The notes under the pieces: model-generated
Database searches by the model: none
What the model saw: only the letters and a program-made list of their open reading frames with translations
Told to the model about the DNA's origin: nothing
Shown here: positions 11,983-23,062 of the stretch, piece by piece
Layout: every line of letters starts with the position of its first letter
Position numbering within the stretch: the first letter of the stretch is position 1
Program-made: the position numbers and the translations under genes
Assembly (NCBI RefSeq): GCF_964204645.1
Contig: NC_134025.1
Location: 1,674,001-1,738,000 of the forward strand
Length of the DNA stretch: 64,000 bases
Direction: 5' to 3'
From: Tubulanus polymorphus
Lineage: Eukaryota; Animalia; Nemertea

Positions 11983-14900
11983 ATGGCTGAATACAATAGC
12001 GAGGGTTATATAAGAGGTAATTAAGAGGATATATATATTTCTCAATATATAATTCCGATGCATATGACTAAAATAGAAAGTTATATATAATTTCAATAGT
12101 AAAAGATAAGTGATTCTAATTCTAGCTGTTCATAATGAATACGATATATTTATACTCATTCTGTGCTAATGATATATTTTGTAGAGCACAGTCGAGAAGA
12201 AAAGAAAGGAGGTTTAATACGAGTCATTTTCAAAACTCATTATTGGGCAAAATTCCCCGGAGATTGTCTGAGTATTTTGGGTAATATAGATGAACTAGGC
12301 AACTGGGACGTGACAAAGTGTACTCTGGCAACTGAGTGGCCGAGTGGTTCAGGATACTGGTATGTCGACAGTTATTTACCTAGTGGGACTGTTTATAAAT
12401 GGAAATGGGTCCTGATTGATGCGGAAAAGACTAAGGTTTACAGATGGGAAGAAAGAAAAAATAGAGAACAGTTAGTTCCAGGTGTGGCGACATTGATCGA
12501 AAGCGCGTGGATGTACTGGGAACGAGAACTTCATCCTGATGACAACAGAACAACAGGTAAAACAAACACGAATCAGTTCATTCCAAATCTGTTCAGCTGT
12601 AAATCGTTGAATTATATTTGTTGTAGAAGTAAGCGAATTGATTGGAGCGAGTAAAGCCACTTTCAGCGCGCTAGAGAACAGCAATGCTGATGATCAAAGT
12701 AATGTACAAATGAACTATATTCAACTCACCGGTCGTGGTAGAGGTTCCTTACAGATCGATACTAATACGATGGGTTTAAGTTTGATTGAAATAGCGCAAG
12801 TTATTGAACAGAAACGACGGGAATCGATTCAAGAGGATGAACATGACGACCGTATTGGTGACACGCAAAAGAGTTTGAAACGATCAGATGAGGATTTTTC
12901 CGTTCAAGAAAAATCAAGTAAATTGAAACTCGATAATGAAGAAACATCCGTTGAAGAGTTCGACTCGGTTTCTGGACTGACTCAACTAATGGGGGAAAGT
13001 TTCGAGATAGAAATTACAGAAGGGAGTGAAACTGATCCAGTTACAGATGAGTTGAAAATAGATAATCAAACAACTGAGAATAGAGAAATCAGTGACGCTG
13101 TAGCTGAGAATATACTGACACAATTCCTCTCGAACGAAGTCAGAGATTCTAGTCTCCGCCAATACAGAGAACATAATCTCGATATAGCCACCGGTGGAGA
13201 TGACCGTGAGATCTCTGAGGGTTTGATCGATGCAGAAGTAGCTCTACCCCTCGGTCCGCTCGATGACATACTCGAACTTATTAATAAATCTCCCGATACC
13301 TACCACGTAAAATCTGAAGACAACGAACAGAAGAATTTCAATAAAAGCGACGGTAAAATTGAGCCAGAAGTATTCGTACCTTCAGAGGAAAAATGCGTGG
13401 ATATTAAAGTGGACCGACATGGCCGAGTCAAAGTCCCATCAAAAAGAGGCGCTTTGCCAGATTTCCATTCGGATCCCGATCCTAATGAGATGTCAAGTAT
13501 AGTCTATGGAAAAACTGAAGTATCACAGCTCTATGCAGCTGCGTTACCACTCGATAGTACCAGGCACGGCGATATGAATACAAAATACAATTCAATGACA
13601 CACGCAGAGTCAGACAAAACATATAAACGAGGCGAATGTGTACACGAGGATATAAAACCTACATACTGTGACACAGTAAAAACAGATATATCTAACTTTA
13701 CTTCATCCGACCAAGAGACATCGAATCTTACTAAATCCGACTCAGAGGAGGAGGATACGAACAGCTCCGGAGTAGAGATAGATCAACCGGTCACAATCGA
13801 CGATGTGGATAAAGATGTCGAAGATACTTTGAACGATTTTCGGCAAATAATAGCTGAAGCAGCTTTAGAAAAGGGACTAGGAAGACTCGGTGAATCGGTG
13901 GAAGCAGTAAGTGAACCAGAAACCGATCTATCACCGGATAATTCAGGGAATATAACCGAACAGTCGGTGGTATGTGAAAATCTGACAGATAACGCCTCCA
14001 AAGAGGATATATTCCGTACCTCGGGTAATGCGAGTAGCCAGGAATCGATAGAAGAAGTTATCGAGCCCGAAAGTATTCTTCCATTGGGTCCACTTGAAGA
14101 TATCCGAGAACTCATAGCTAGGAATGCAATTGAGCAATCACTTGATAAAACTGATAGCGCTACTATCGAATCAGAAGCTGAGGTCACAACCGGCAGAGTT
14201 GAAGACATAATTCAACCAGAAAATATACTTCCATTGGGACCACTTGAAGATATCCGTGAACTCATCGCACGTGAAGCTATTTCAAAAGAGATTCAGAGTC
14301 AAACAACATCTGGGGAAGTTACGAGCAGTCAGAAACCGATAGAAGAGACAATAGAACCTGAATGTAACGAGCTTCCGCTTGATACACTTACCGATTTACG
14401 GGAGATTGCAGCAAGGATTGCAATCGAACGTTCTCTCGATGAACAAATAACTGATAGTCAGACATTTGAAACGCAAGCGGTTGATGATACCGAGAAAGTT
14501 TCTCTACCGGACGATAGTTTCATAGTGAGCGATAATATAACTAAAGGCATATTTCACCCGGATTTCGCCGAATCATCAGGTGCTCTTGAAGACTTTCGTG
14601 ATATCATTGCAAGTGATGAGGTTTCTGAAGATATTCAAATAACTTCTGTGAATGCTGTTGCAAGCAACCGAGAACCGATAGAAGAAGTTATCGAGCCCGA
14701 AAGTATTCTTCCATTGGGACCGCTTGAAGATATCCGAGAACTCATAGCTAGGAACGCAATTGAGCAATCACTTGATAAAACTGATAGCGCTACTATCGAA
14801 TCAGAACCTGAGGTCACAACCGGCAGAGTTGAAGATATAATTCAACCAGAAAATATACTTCCATTGGGACCACTTGAAGATATCCGTGAACTCATCGCAC

Positions 14901-17635
14901 GTGAAGCTATTTCAAAAGAGATTCAGAGTCAAAAAACATCTGGGGAAGTTACGAGCAGTCAGGAACCGATAGAAGAGACAATAGAACCTGAATGTAACGA
15001 GCTTCCGCTTGATACACTTACCGATTTACGGGAGATTGCAGCAAGGATTGCAATCGAACGTTCTCTCGATGAACAAATAACTGATAGTCAGACATTTGAA
15101 ACACAAGCGGTTGATGATACCGAGAAAGTTTCTCTACCGGACGATAGTTTCATAGTGAGCGATACTATAACTAAAGACATATTTCACCCGGATTTCACCG
15201 AATCATCAGGTGCTCTTGAAGACTTTCGTGATATCATTGCAAGTGATGAGGTTTCTGAAGATATTCAAATAACTTCTGTGAATGCTGTTGCAAGCAACCG
15301 AGAACCGATAGAAAAAGTTATCGAGCCCGAAAGTATACTTCCATTGGGACCACTTGAAGATATCCGAGAACTCATAGCTAGGAATGCAATTGAGCAATCA
15401 CTTGATAAAACTGATAGCGCTACTATCGAATCAGAGGCTGAGGTCACAACCGGCAGAGTTGAAGATATAATTCAACCAGAAAATATACTTCCATTGGGTC
15501 CACTCGAAGATATCCGAGAACTCATCGCACGTGAAGCTATTTCAAAAGAGATTCAGAGTCAAAAAGATATAACAACAACTAGTGAACCTTCAGAGTCTTC
15601 ATACAACAACAGAATGGATAGAGTTGATGCTCTTACTGTAATAGATGATGGTAGTGACACAGTGACGTCAACTGAACTGAAAATTGATCGGACTGATAGT
15701 CCAAATCCCGTAACTGTTTCATCGATTAAAACAGATGAGGAAATACAAAATACGAGCCAAATGGAGAACACTGCGATAATATACACTGATTCCAGCGACG
15801 AATCTTTATCAGAGGATGAAACTATTGATCACTTGTTGCCGCTGCGAGAAAAAATAGAAGAAGATGTGACCGAACCGGAAATCGCTGAGGTGAGTTTCCA
15901 AGCAAATCCGGAACTCGTGCTACCGGAAGTTTGTACTGAAGACATAGACGATGGTGACCTAGTTGATGTAGATGATGAAGTTGAATCGATATCTGGTAAT
16001 AAAGATACGATACAAATTCCTCGTAAACGACCTCCACATTTAGCTATACCCGAACGGGCCACTTCATCCCCGGTACCGGATTTTGCCGTCGCCGATGACT
16101 TGGTCGTTGTTAAGAAATCCATACGACCAGGGGTTGGTATCACACTCGAGGTTAGAACGCCTACGAAAACTGACAACGCAGAATTCGATTTCTCGCCACG
16201 AAAAATATCGCAACAAGAGGAAGAACATGAAGCGGATATATGTCTGCAGAATGAATTCAGTCAGCATACTCCTAAAGCCGACGATGGTGAAATGGCTACG
16301 AAGATATCGTCCAGTATGTCTGACCTTATTACTGGCGCTTTCAAAGAAGCTTTTGATGATATTAGAAATAACAGAGTTCAACCTACTGAAACTGGTTTGA
16401 TGATGCACCGATCCGAATCAACTTCATCTGCCAGTTCTATTCCTTCACCTCTGCCGATGTATTACCCTCGCACTTATTCAACTGAGATCCTGCTTAGTTC
16501 GATCAGCCAAGATGATATCTGCAATGTGAAACAAAAACATGATACACTACATGAACATCATGAAGGTGATGCTGATGACGACGGCGGTTCGACTGATTCT
16601 GGTGACTACACCATTCGACGAGACAGCATCACTCAAAAAGAAATCGACGCGGTAACTTTCAAACTGTACGGAGGTGACAAGTCAGATGAACTGACTGCTG
16701 CTGAGTTGACAGATTTGATAATAGAATGTGGTGAGGTCAACGAAGCATTCGAGACTGTTACTGAAAGAGGCGAGATGGAGATGAAAAGTCCATCGAGAAA
16801 GTCATTCGTAAAAACAGATCAAACAGGTGAAACCGGTACGTTCGAGTTTGACGATGTTGAGAATAATAATTTATTCGCCGCTACAGCACCAGACATCGCA
16901 GATATTGATCGGGAATGCATTGAGGAAAGTAAAGTAACTGGTGATATGGCAGAATTCTCTGACGGAACAGAGGTCTATATCAACCAGCAGATTCTACAGA
17001 GTGAAACCGTTTCCGAAGAGCTTACATTTACTGATGATACGATAACCACCGATGAAAGTATCTTGACGCGGGTTGAACCCGTAACTGAAATTATTGTAGT
17101 TCCACCAGAGAAAGATGATGAAGAATCTACATTTACCAGTGAGGAAATCACAGGTGAATATACTACACCACGTGGTACTGCACCGATAACAGAAAGTAAA
17201 ACCACCGAAGACAAACCGATGTCCACTATTACAACTGATGTTTCCGTTGTCAAAGTTGAGAAGGCTGAAACTGCTCCAGCGCATTCTGAGGCAGATCCCT
17301 CGTTCCACAGAACAGTTCGTAAAAAAGTCACTTTCACAAGGTCTGGTGGAAATCGACAGGAAACAACTGAAACAACAACAACAACAACGACAACGCAAGA
17401 TACAAGCCTGGATAGTGAAAAACCTGAATGTGAACAAACTGTGATAACTAGAAGAACCGTCAGATCTGTCCAGGCATCGAAACCGGACGCTCCACCCGCG
17501 AAAACAACACGTACAAACGATCAGGTTAGGCAGGGTGATGATAAACCTAACGATAATAATAGATGCTTGTGTATTATAATAGTTTGTCTTGTAGCTCTAG
17601 TTCCTGTTATTGGATTTATCTTTAAAGGGCGTTAA
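11983..17635 (+). CDS. Giant STBD1-like protein: N-terminal CBM20, long acidic repetitive linker, C-terminal TM tail anchor. Coding exons 11983-12016, 12185-12556, 12627-17635 (~1804 aa)
   Basis: Two phase-1 GT-AG introns join the ORFs in frame. CBM20 signature LSILGNIDELGNWD...YWYVD...YKWKWV...RWEERKNR. C-terminus RCLCIIIVCLVALVPVIGFIFKGR*. No signal peptide. Confidence 0.82.
14040..15565 (+). repeat. Coding tandem repeat, 630-bp (210-aa) unit, ~2.4 near-identical copies
   Basis: IE[EK]VIEPESILPLGPLEDIRELIARNAIEQSLDK recurs at ~14047, ~14677 and ~15307. Each unit contains four LxD[IFL]R[ED][LI][IA]A sub-repeats. Confidence 0.95.
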
Positions 17636-18874
17636 AAATCCTTTGAGATTTCCAACGAATGAACGATGTGATTTTGGCGTAACCGTAGAAAATGAAAAAT
17701 AAGGAACTTTGAATTATTGTTATTATTATTGAATTAAGTAGTTCGTTGGGAATCGCCGAGGGTCTTCTATAAGCCGGTCGAAGTTGTATATATGCAAGCC
17801 TTGCCAAAATCGAAATGCTGTAATTTCGAGCTATCACCCTGCCTAAAGCGCATACGCCGCATTATCGGTCTGATTATATAACGGTGGTGGTTGATTATTA
17901 TGTATTGATGTAAAAATATTAATAGCTCGTGTAGATTATTAAGCCGTATTAAACTATAGATAGCATCGATGTAGTAGTGCCTAGACAAACAACTTCCTTC
18001 CTGAATCCTTTCATGCGTTTTGAAATCATTAGCTGGTTCATTTTACTACTTCCTGACAGGGTAGAATGAATAACTCCGTCCCAAAATCGTTATAATTAAC
18101 AAATATTTATTGTCTGATATATAAAGAATGTGATAGTTAGTTAACTTCCTATGTAATGATGTTTTCGCTCACTTTGCTTTGTTTAAATAGTTATAGTACG
18201 ATAAAAATGAAAAAGAAATGGAAGTATTTGTTCATGAGAAAGAGTTATGAAAATGTTTGCAACTGACTCAAAATAGTTACCTGTAAACTGGGTTAACTGT
18301 GGTAATACGACTGATTAGTTGCAGTGACTCGCATCGTATTTCTAATTAGCTACAGCAGTGTCACTTGATTCAGGACACTAGTTCTGAAAGCTTCTGCCGT
18401 ATTTTAACAAATGCTTTCGTTTCAATTCGTTGATTTAAGTAACTTCGCATGGCGCTTTTGTTTGTATTAATTGTAATATTTTAAGACCTTATAGATACCT
18501 AATATTCTAATATGGTTTGTGCATGTGCGCTTGTGTGTGTGTATATATACATATAGACTTTTAGAATTATGTAAATTCCCTCAGTCGTGCTATAAACCGA
18601 TCAAGTGTCATAAACAATAACCCGACCCGAGACGGACCACTTTAATTCGTATTAATTCCAGGCTACTTATTTTAGAATAAGCTATAGAAATTCGAGCGTT
18701 AACTGGTTTAAGAATTCATTGAGTTCAGTGCTGTTTGCAATAAAACCTATTTTACTCGGTGTTGTTCAGTTCAGTGCTGACCACCGTCTTCGTACAAACA
18801 AAACTCCGACTATGGTCTCTCTTTGGGTCATTGTATACGCATAGAAATTGACAGTATGAGCTATAATTTTCCAG

Positions 18875-19324
18875 ATGACTGAAAACCCAGAGGAAAATGT
18901 CGGTGAGTATGTTACTGTGACGTTTCGTACCCACTACTGGCCGACAGAGAGGGGACAGAGGTTAGCAGTGCTGGGTAGCAGTTCCCATCTCGGGGAGTGG
19001 AATTTAACAAATTCGCAACTAGCCTGCGAATATCCGCATAGTACCGGTTTTTGGTTTGTCAATGTAGATTTTTTAGATGAAGGTAAAAACTTCGAGTTTA
19101 AATGGGTCGTAGTCGACGCCAATTCAAATGTGATAAGATGGGAAGAACGAGAAAACCGCGGCCTCCTTCACCAGGAGGTCACTCGAACAGGTTCAATTCT
19201 GATCGATTCTAATTGGGCATACGATCAAAATATAACTGAAATCAATAACATCGATCAACTGGATGATCTAATGTCTAAAGCTGATGCGTCTTTCGATTTC
19301 AAATTGAATAATTTACGAAAATGA
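18875..19324 (+). CDS. Stand-alone CBM20 domain protein (149 aa), paralog of the upstream CBM20
   Basis: VTFRTHYW...LAVLGSSSHLGEWN...LACEYP...FWFV...FEFKWVVVD...RWEERENR aligns with the upstream CBM20. The ATG directly follows a TTTTCCAG acceptor (5'UTR intron). Confidence 0.85.
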   Translation: MTENPEENVGEYVTVTFRTHYWPTERGQRLAVLGSSSHLGEWNLTNSQLACEYPHSTGFWFVNVDFLDEGKNFEFKWVVVDANSNVIRWEERENRGLLHQEVTRTGSILIDSNWAYDQNITEINNIDQLDDLMSKADASFDFKLNNLRK

Positions 19325-19901
19325 ATAACGTCGAGCCAAAATAGAACGGACATGTTACTCAATTCGAATATGTATCAAACAATATATGATGTATTGATAA
19401 TTGAACGCCTTAAGTTTAGAATTATATAGATCTATGTAAGTAACCTTTATACGTGTGAATCGTAGACATTTTTGTTCATCGGGTTTTTGATTTCGTATTG
19501 TATTTTGCATTCACGATACTCGCTCGCTGTATAATAATGCAAACAGGTTTTTACGTATATGTATATATATATATATATGTGTGTTTTATTAGAAATATTT
19601 CACAGTCTCAGACATGTTTTCTATACTCGTTTTGTTATTGGTTTGCTGCACGGCGAATATGTGAGTTTATTGCGAGTTCACTGTAAACACGTCGTGAATA
19701 TAGTAACGACAACATATTCCTTACTATTTCATAGCTTAAGATTTAAGAGAATTATTACTGTTTTTTTTTTGTTTTTTAATTATCCATATTCAGACTCGTC
19801 GATCGAACGTAAAAACGGTGATCAACTTGTTGCGAACGCGAGGATTTACGTTTTGATCAATGTGAAAGCGATGATTTGCGCGTAAATGGTTCGGCTTAAA
19901 A

Positions 19902-21710
19902 ATGTCTCAATCAAATCAACAAGATTTCGAAGACGATGGTTTTGAAATTGTAACAATGCCATTGAATACTGATCACGGAGTTGCTGATCATGGAGTTGCC
20001 GATCACGGAGTTGCCGATGCTGCTGACGATGAGGACTTTCAGTCTAATTCAGTGCCGTCCAAAAACAGTTCGAATTCGAATGATAATGATGATGATGTGA
20101 ATTGTTCGCCAAGTAGCGGCGGAGGAATACTATCACTAATTAATGACTCCGATATCATGTCCGCCTTACGCTCGTCTACTTCCGCGTTAAGAAGCAGTCC
20201 GTCGTATGAAGATCGAGAAAGGCCGGATTTTACGTTACCGGAACATCGCGAACTGACGTCCGTAAATCCGCGTTCAGAATTTCATATAAATCAAATGAAA
20301 ATGAGAAAAATCTCGAATCAAAGCGATGAGAATAATGCGTTCAGCTCTGATGATAATACCGGTGATTGTATCAATGATGATACTGATTTATTCGACCGAA
20401 TTAAATCGAAAGTTTCGCCTTCGTTTTATCAGTTGGATTTTAGCTTCCCCCAATACGACTTGGATTATAGCGAGGATGATCCCGATAACGCGTCATTCGA
20501 GCCAAACTCAACTGCTTTTAAAGAAACGCCGGCGGCGTCCGATTCTAGCGAAAACGAAAGTGGTTCGAGTCCCGATATATCGAAGATATTTGATATAAAT
20601 CACCCGAATACTGATCATTTCACTGCTAGTTTCGCTTCAGCGGAAGATTTAAATCGACCTTTTGTCTCTAAACTAACGACTAATCTTGTTGGTAATCTAT
20701 TACTGACGTCGCGGCCACACCCAAACCCTGTCTTTTCGATTGCTTGCGATCATCATATTTTCGAGGGTACGCCCTCCAGAGACCACTGTTACGATACCTA
20801 CAAATCAGCGCAATTCGCCGAAAATTGGTTCGACTCTCTGTGGTTGGATACTATGGTATCCGTTGATAGTTTGATAAACCGTGAGAAAGACTCGAGTCCT
20901 ATCACCGATTGGTTCGATCATATTTGGGACGGGGCGATGGACTCGTTGAAAAATAAACAAAATATCGCGGACGGAGGTCAAAATACTGGAGCCGAAATGG
21001 CAGCTTCTAGTACGTGGTTTGATAATGTGTTTAATAGTGCCATTTCGGAGATTGGATTACAAACCGATGCTCAGAACAGCGAAAAAAGCCATCTCCAAAA
21101 GACTCTCCAAATTCCGGGTCACGAATCGAAGCACATTCCGCATCCGATGTACGATCAGTTCAGTAAACCAGTTCCTAACACGCATAAAGTTTACGATCGC
21201 ATTCCGTCGCCGGCTCGGTCGTTTACTGAGATATCTCAAAGATCGCCCGTAACTGAACGGGTTCTCCGTCCGAAGAGCACGAGTACGTCATGTCAATCGG
21301 AGCGAGAAGAAGAGAATAGACGAAGACCTACGAGTGATACAGCTGCACCTTTACGAGAAGCTTACCACCATCGTGTGTCGTTTAAAGACTACGATGAAAA
21401 TGCGACTCAAGTCGATATCGAACTTTTAGTCGACGATTCTTCAACAACCGACGATATTAGCGGATCGGACGATAAACAGGAATTGTTAGATTTCGGTTCG
21501 AAAAAATTATCGGATTTACAACTAGAAGATGAGGAGAAACAGCAATTTACCGTTGAGCCGCAAGAGGGCGTTGATAGCGTTGATGACGCAGTCCTGTTAA
21601 ATGAAATCGGTAAAACTAAATCTAAACGAAAGGGATGCCCGTGTTTACCTTTACCGAAATTCAAATCAAAACATCGCAGCAGCAAACCAAAAACAAACAA
21701 AAAGTATTAG
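19902..21710 (+). CDS. Intrinsically disordered acidic protein (602 aa) with N-terminal LIR-like motif, three WFDx[LIV][WF] motifs and a Cys/polybasic C-terminus
   Basis: Long single ORF. DFEDDGFEIV at aa 8-17; WFDSLW, WFDHIW, WFDNVF; tail KRKGCPCLPLPKFKSKHRSSKPKTNKKY. Likely 5'UTR intron 19661-19792 (GTGAGT...CAG). Confidence 0.75.
   Translation: MSQSNQQDFEDDGFEIVTMPLNTDHGVADHGVADHGVADAADDEDFQSNSVPSKNSSNSNDNDDDVNCSPSSGGGILSLINDSDIMSALRSSTSALRSSPSYEDRERPDFTLPEHRELTSVNPRSEFHINQMKMRKISNQSDENNAFSSDDNTGDCINDDTDLFDRIKSKVSPSFYQLDFSFPQYDLDYSEDDPDNASFEPNSTAFKETPAASDSSENESGSSPDISKIFDINHPNTDHFTASFASAEDLNRPFVSKLTTNLVGNLLLTSRPHPNPVFSIACDHHIFEGTPSRDHCYDTYKSAQFAENWFDSLWLDTMVSVDSLINREKDSSPITDWFDHIWDGAMDSLKNKQNIADGGQNTGAEMAASSTWFDNVFNSAISEIGLQTDAQNSEKSHLQKTLQIPGHESKHIPHPMYDQFSKPVPNTHKVYDRIPSPARSFTEISQRSPVTERVLRPKSTSTSCQSEREEENRRRPTSDTAAPLREAYHHRVSFKDYDENATQVDIELLVDDSSTTDDISGSDDKQELLDFGSKKLSDLQLEDEEKQQFTVEPQEGVDSVDDAVLLNEIGKTKSKRKGCPCLPLPKFKSKHRSSKPKTNKKY
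19971..20015 (+). repeat. 15-bp coding tandem repeat (DHGVA x3)
   Basis: GATCA(C/T)GGAGTTGC(C/T) three times. Confidence 0.9.
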
Positions 21711-22405
21711 GATAGAATTCTGAATGAATTTTGATCCAATGTGCTTCCATTATATTGTTAGCTCTTGTATTAAGAATGTACGTACGAAAAATGATTTTAA
21801 TTTTTTCTTTCTAGAGCTGTTTTATTTGCTATATTAAAAAGTGTGTCTAGTTTAACTGAATCATTTTTCGGATGGTAAACAGCGGGCTTATGCTATTACG
21901 CAGTACGATATCCGTTATTCGAAATTTGGACCAAGTTTCGAAAAGAAACCTTTCGGGTGTCGTATTTTCTTTTTGATTTTTCAACGTTCCGAGTATGAAA
22001 TCATAGTTTAGAAAAATAGTTCGTTTGGTCTAAACTTGTTGTGATCCTTTCAGCGTGAAATCTTTTATTCGATACGTATAATAGCATTAATGGTTATCGT
22101 GCTGTATTTTGCTCAATATTGTATATACTTAGTTGGATAAATGTATTGCGCTGTTTGAATGGGGAATTTTGAGTATATCTATTTACTATTCATGCCTTGA
22201 TATATTGTATTTAGAAGCTTATATAACGTATAGATCGTGTTTTTACTTCCTATTTCGCAGTATTTATAGAATTATAAACCATATGTCAAATTGATAATAA
22301 AGCTGAAGAATGATTGATAGCAAAAAAAGAACTAGATTATTTTTGATTTTCTCTCATTAAGTAAAGTCGAACGCACACAGCAAGAACAACATCGAATCAA
22401 TACAG

Positions 22406-22486
22406 ACCTCCCTCTCCCTCTCCTCCCTCTCCTCCCGCTCTCTCGTATCTTTCTCTCTCTCCTCCCAATCTCTATCTTTCTTTTCC
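22406..22486. repeat. Polypyrimidine (CT-rich) low-complexity tract
   Basis: CCTCCCTCTCCCTCTCCTCCCTCTCCTCCCGCTCTCTC... Confidence 0.7.
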
Positions 22487-23062
22487 ATATCATCCAATAA
22501 CGAATGGAATAGGTTGGAATTCAAAGCCATTTTAGGCTGAATCAATGACCGTGAAACTGATTTTAACTTCCCGCCAATCATCTGCCGAAACTTCGTTGTG
22601 TTTTTTGAAATCCACTCGTGATTTACTATGAAATTTTCATTACGGTCATTTTATGAAATTATCTATGATAATTGAAAAAAAAACCAGATCAATCTCTGCT
22701 TTGAAGAATTAAATCTAACTTAACCCGCTCATCTGAGAACCAAATTTAGATGATAATTTAAGACTGATTTAAATGTATACATTAAGTCTAATAGACACCA
22801 ATTTCATTATCAATTTTTATTCATTATACATAATTCATCTTCCAGCGAAAAAAAAAATGTTTTGCTATCATATCTATTTTCATTGTAAATTGTAATTTAG
22901 TTCCCGGTTCATCCAATGAAAGAATTGTTCATGAATAGAACACATTATGAGGCAGCTATAAACACTACGCAACTAGGTAATAATTTCCAGTTTGACAACT
23001 GATAACGTCAGACACAGATACCGTTCTAAGACCTCCTGTCTTATTGAACGAAACGCTTCACG

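Noticed and set aside
12986-17444. Numerous antisense and alternative-frame ORFs over the giant CBM20 exon (likewise over the GPCRs and the ITPRID-like exons)
   Set aside because: Shadow ORFs arising from codon bias and repeats in the real CDS; no independent motifs.
22357-22581. 74-aa ORF with an ER-rich run
   Set aside because: Derived from the CT-rich low-complexity tract; no splice or domain support.
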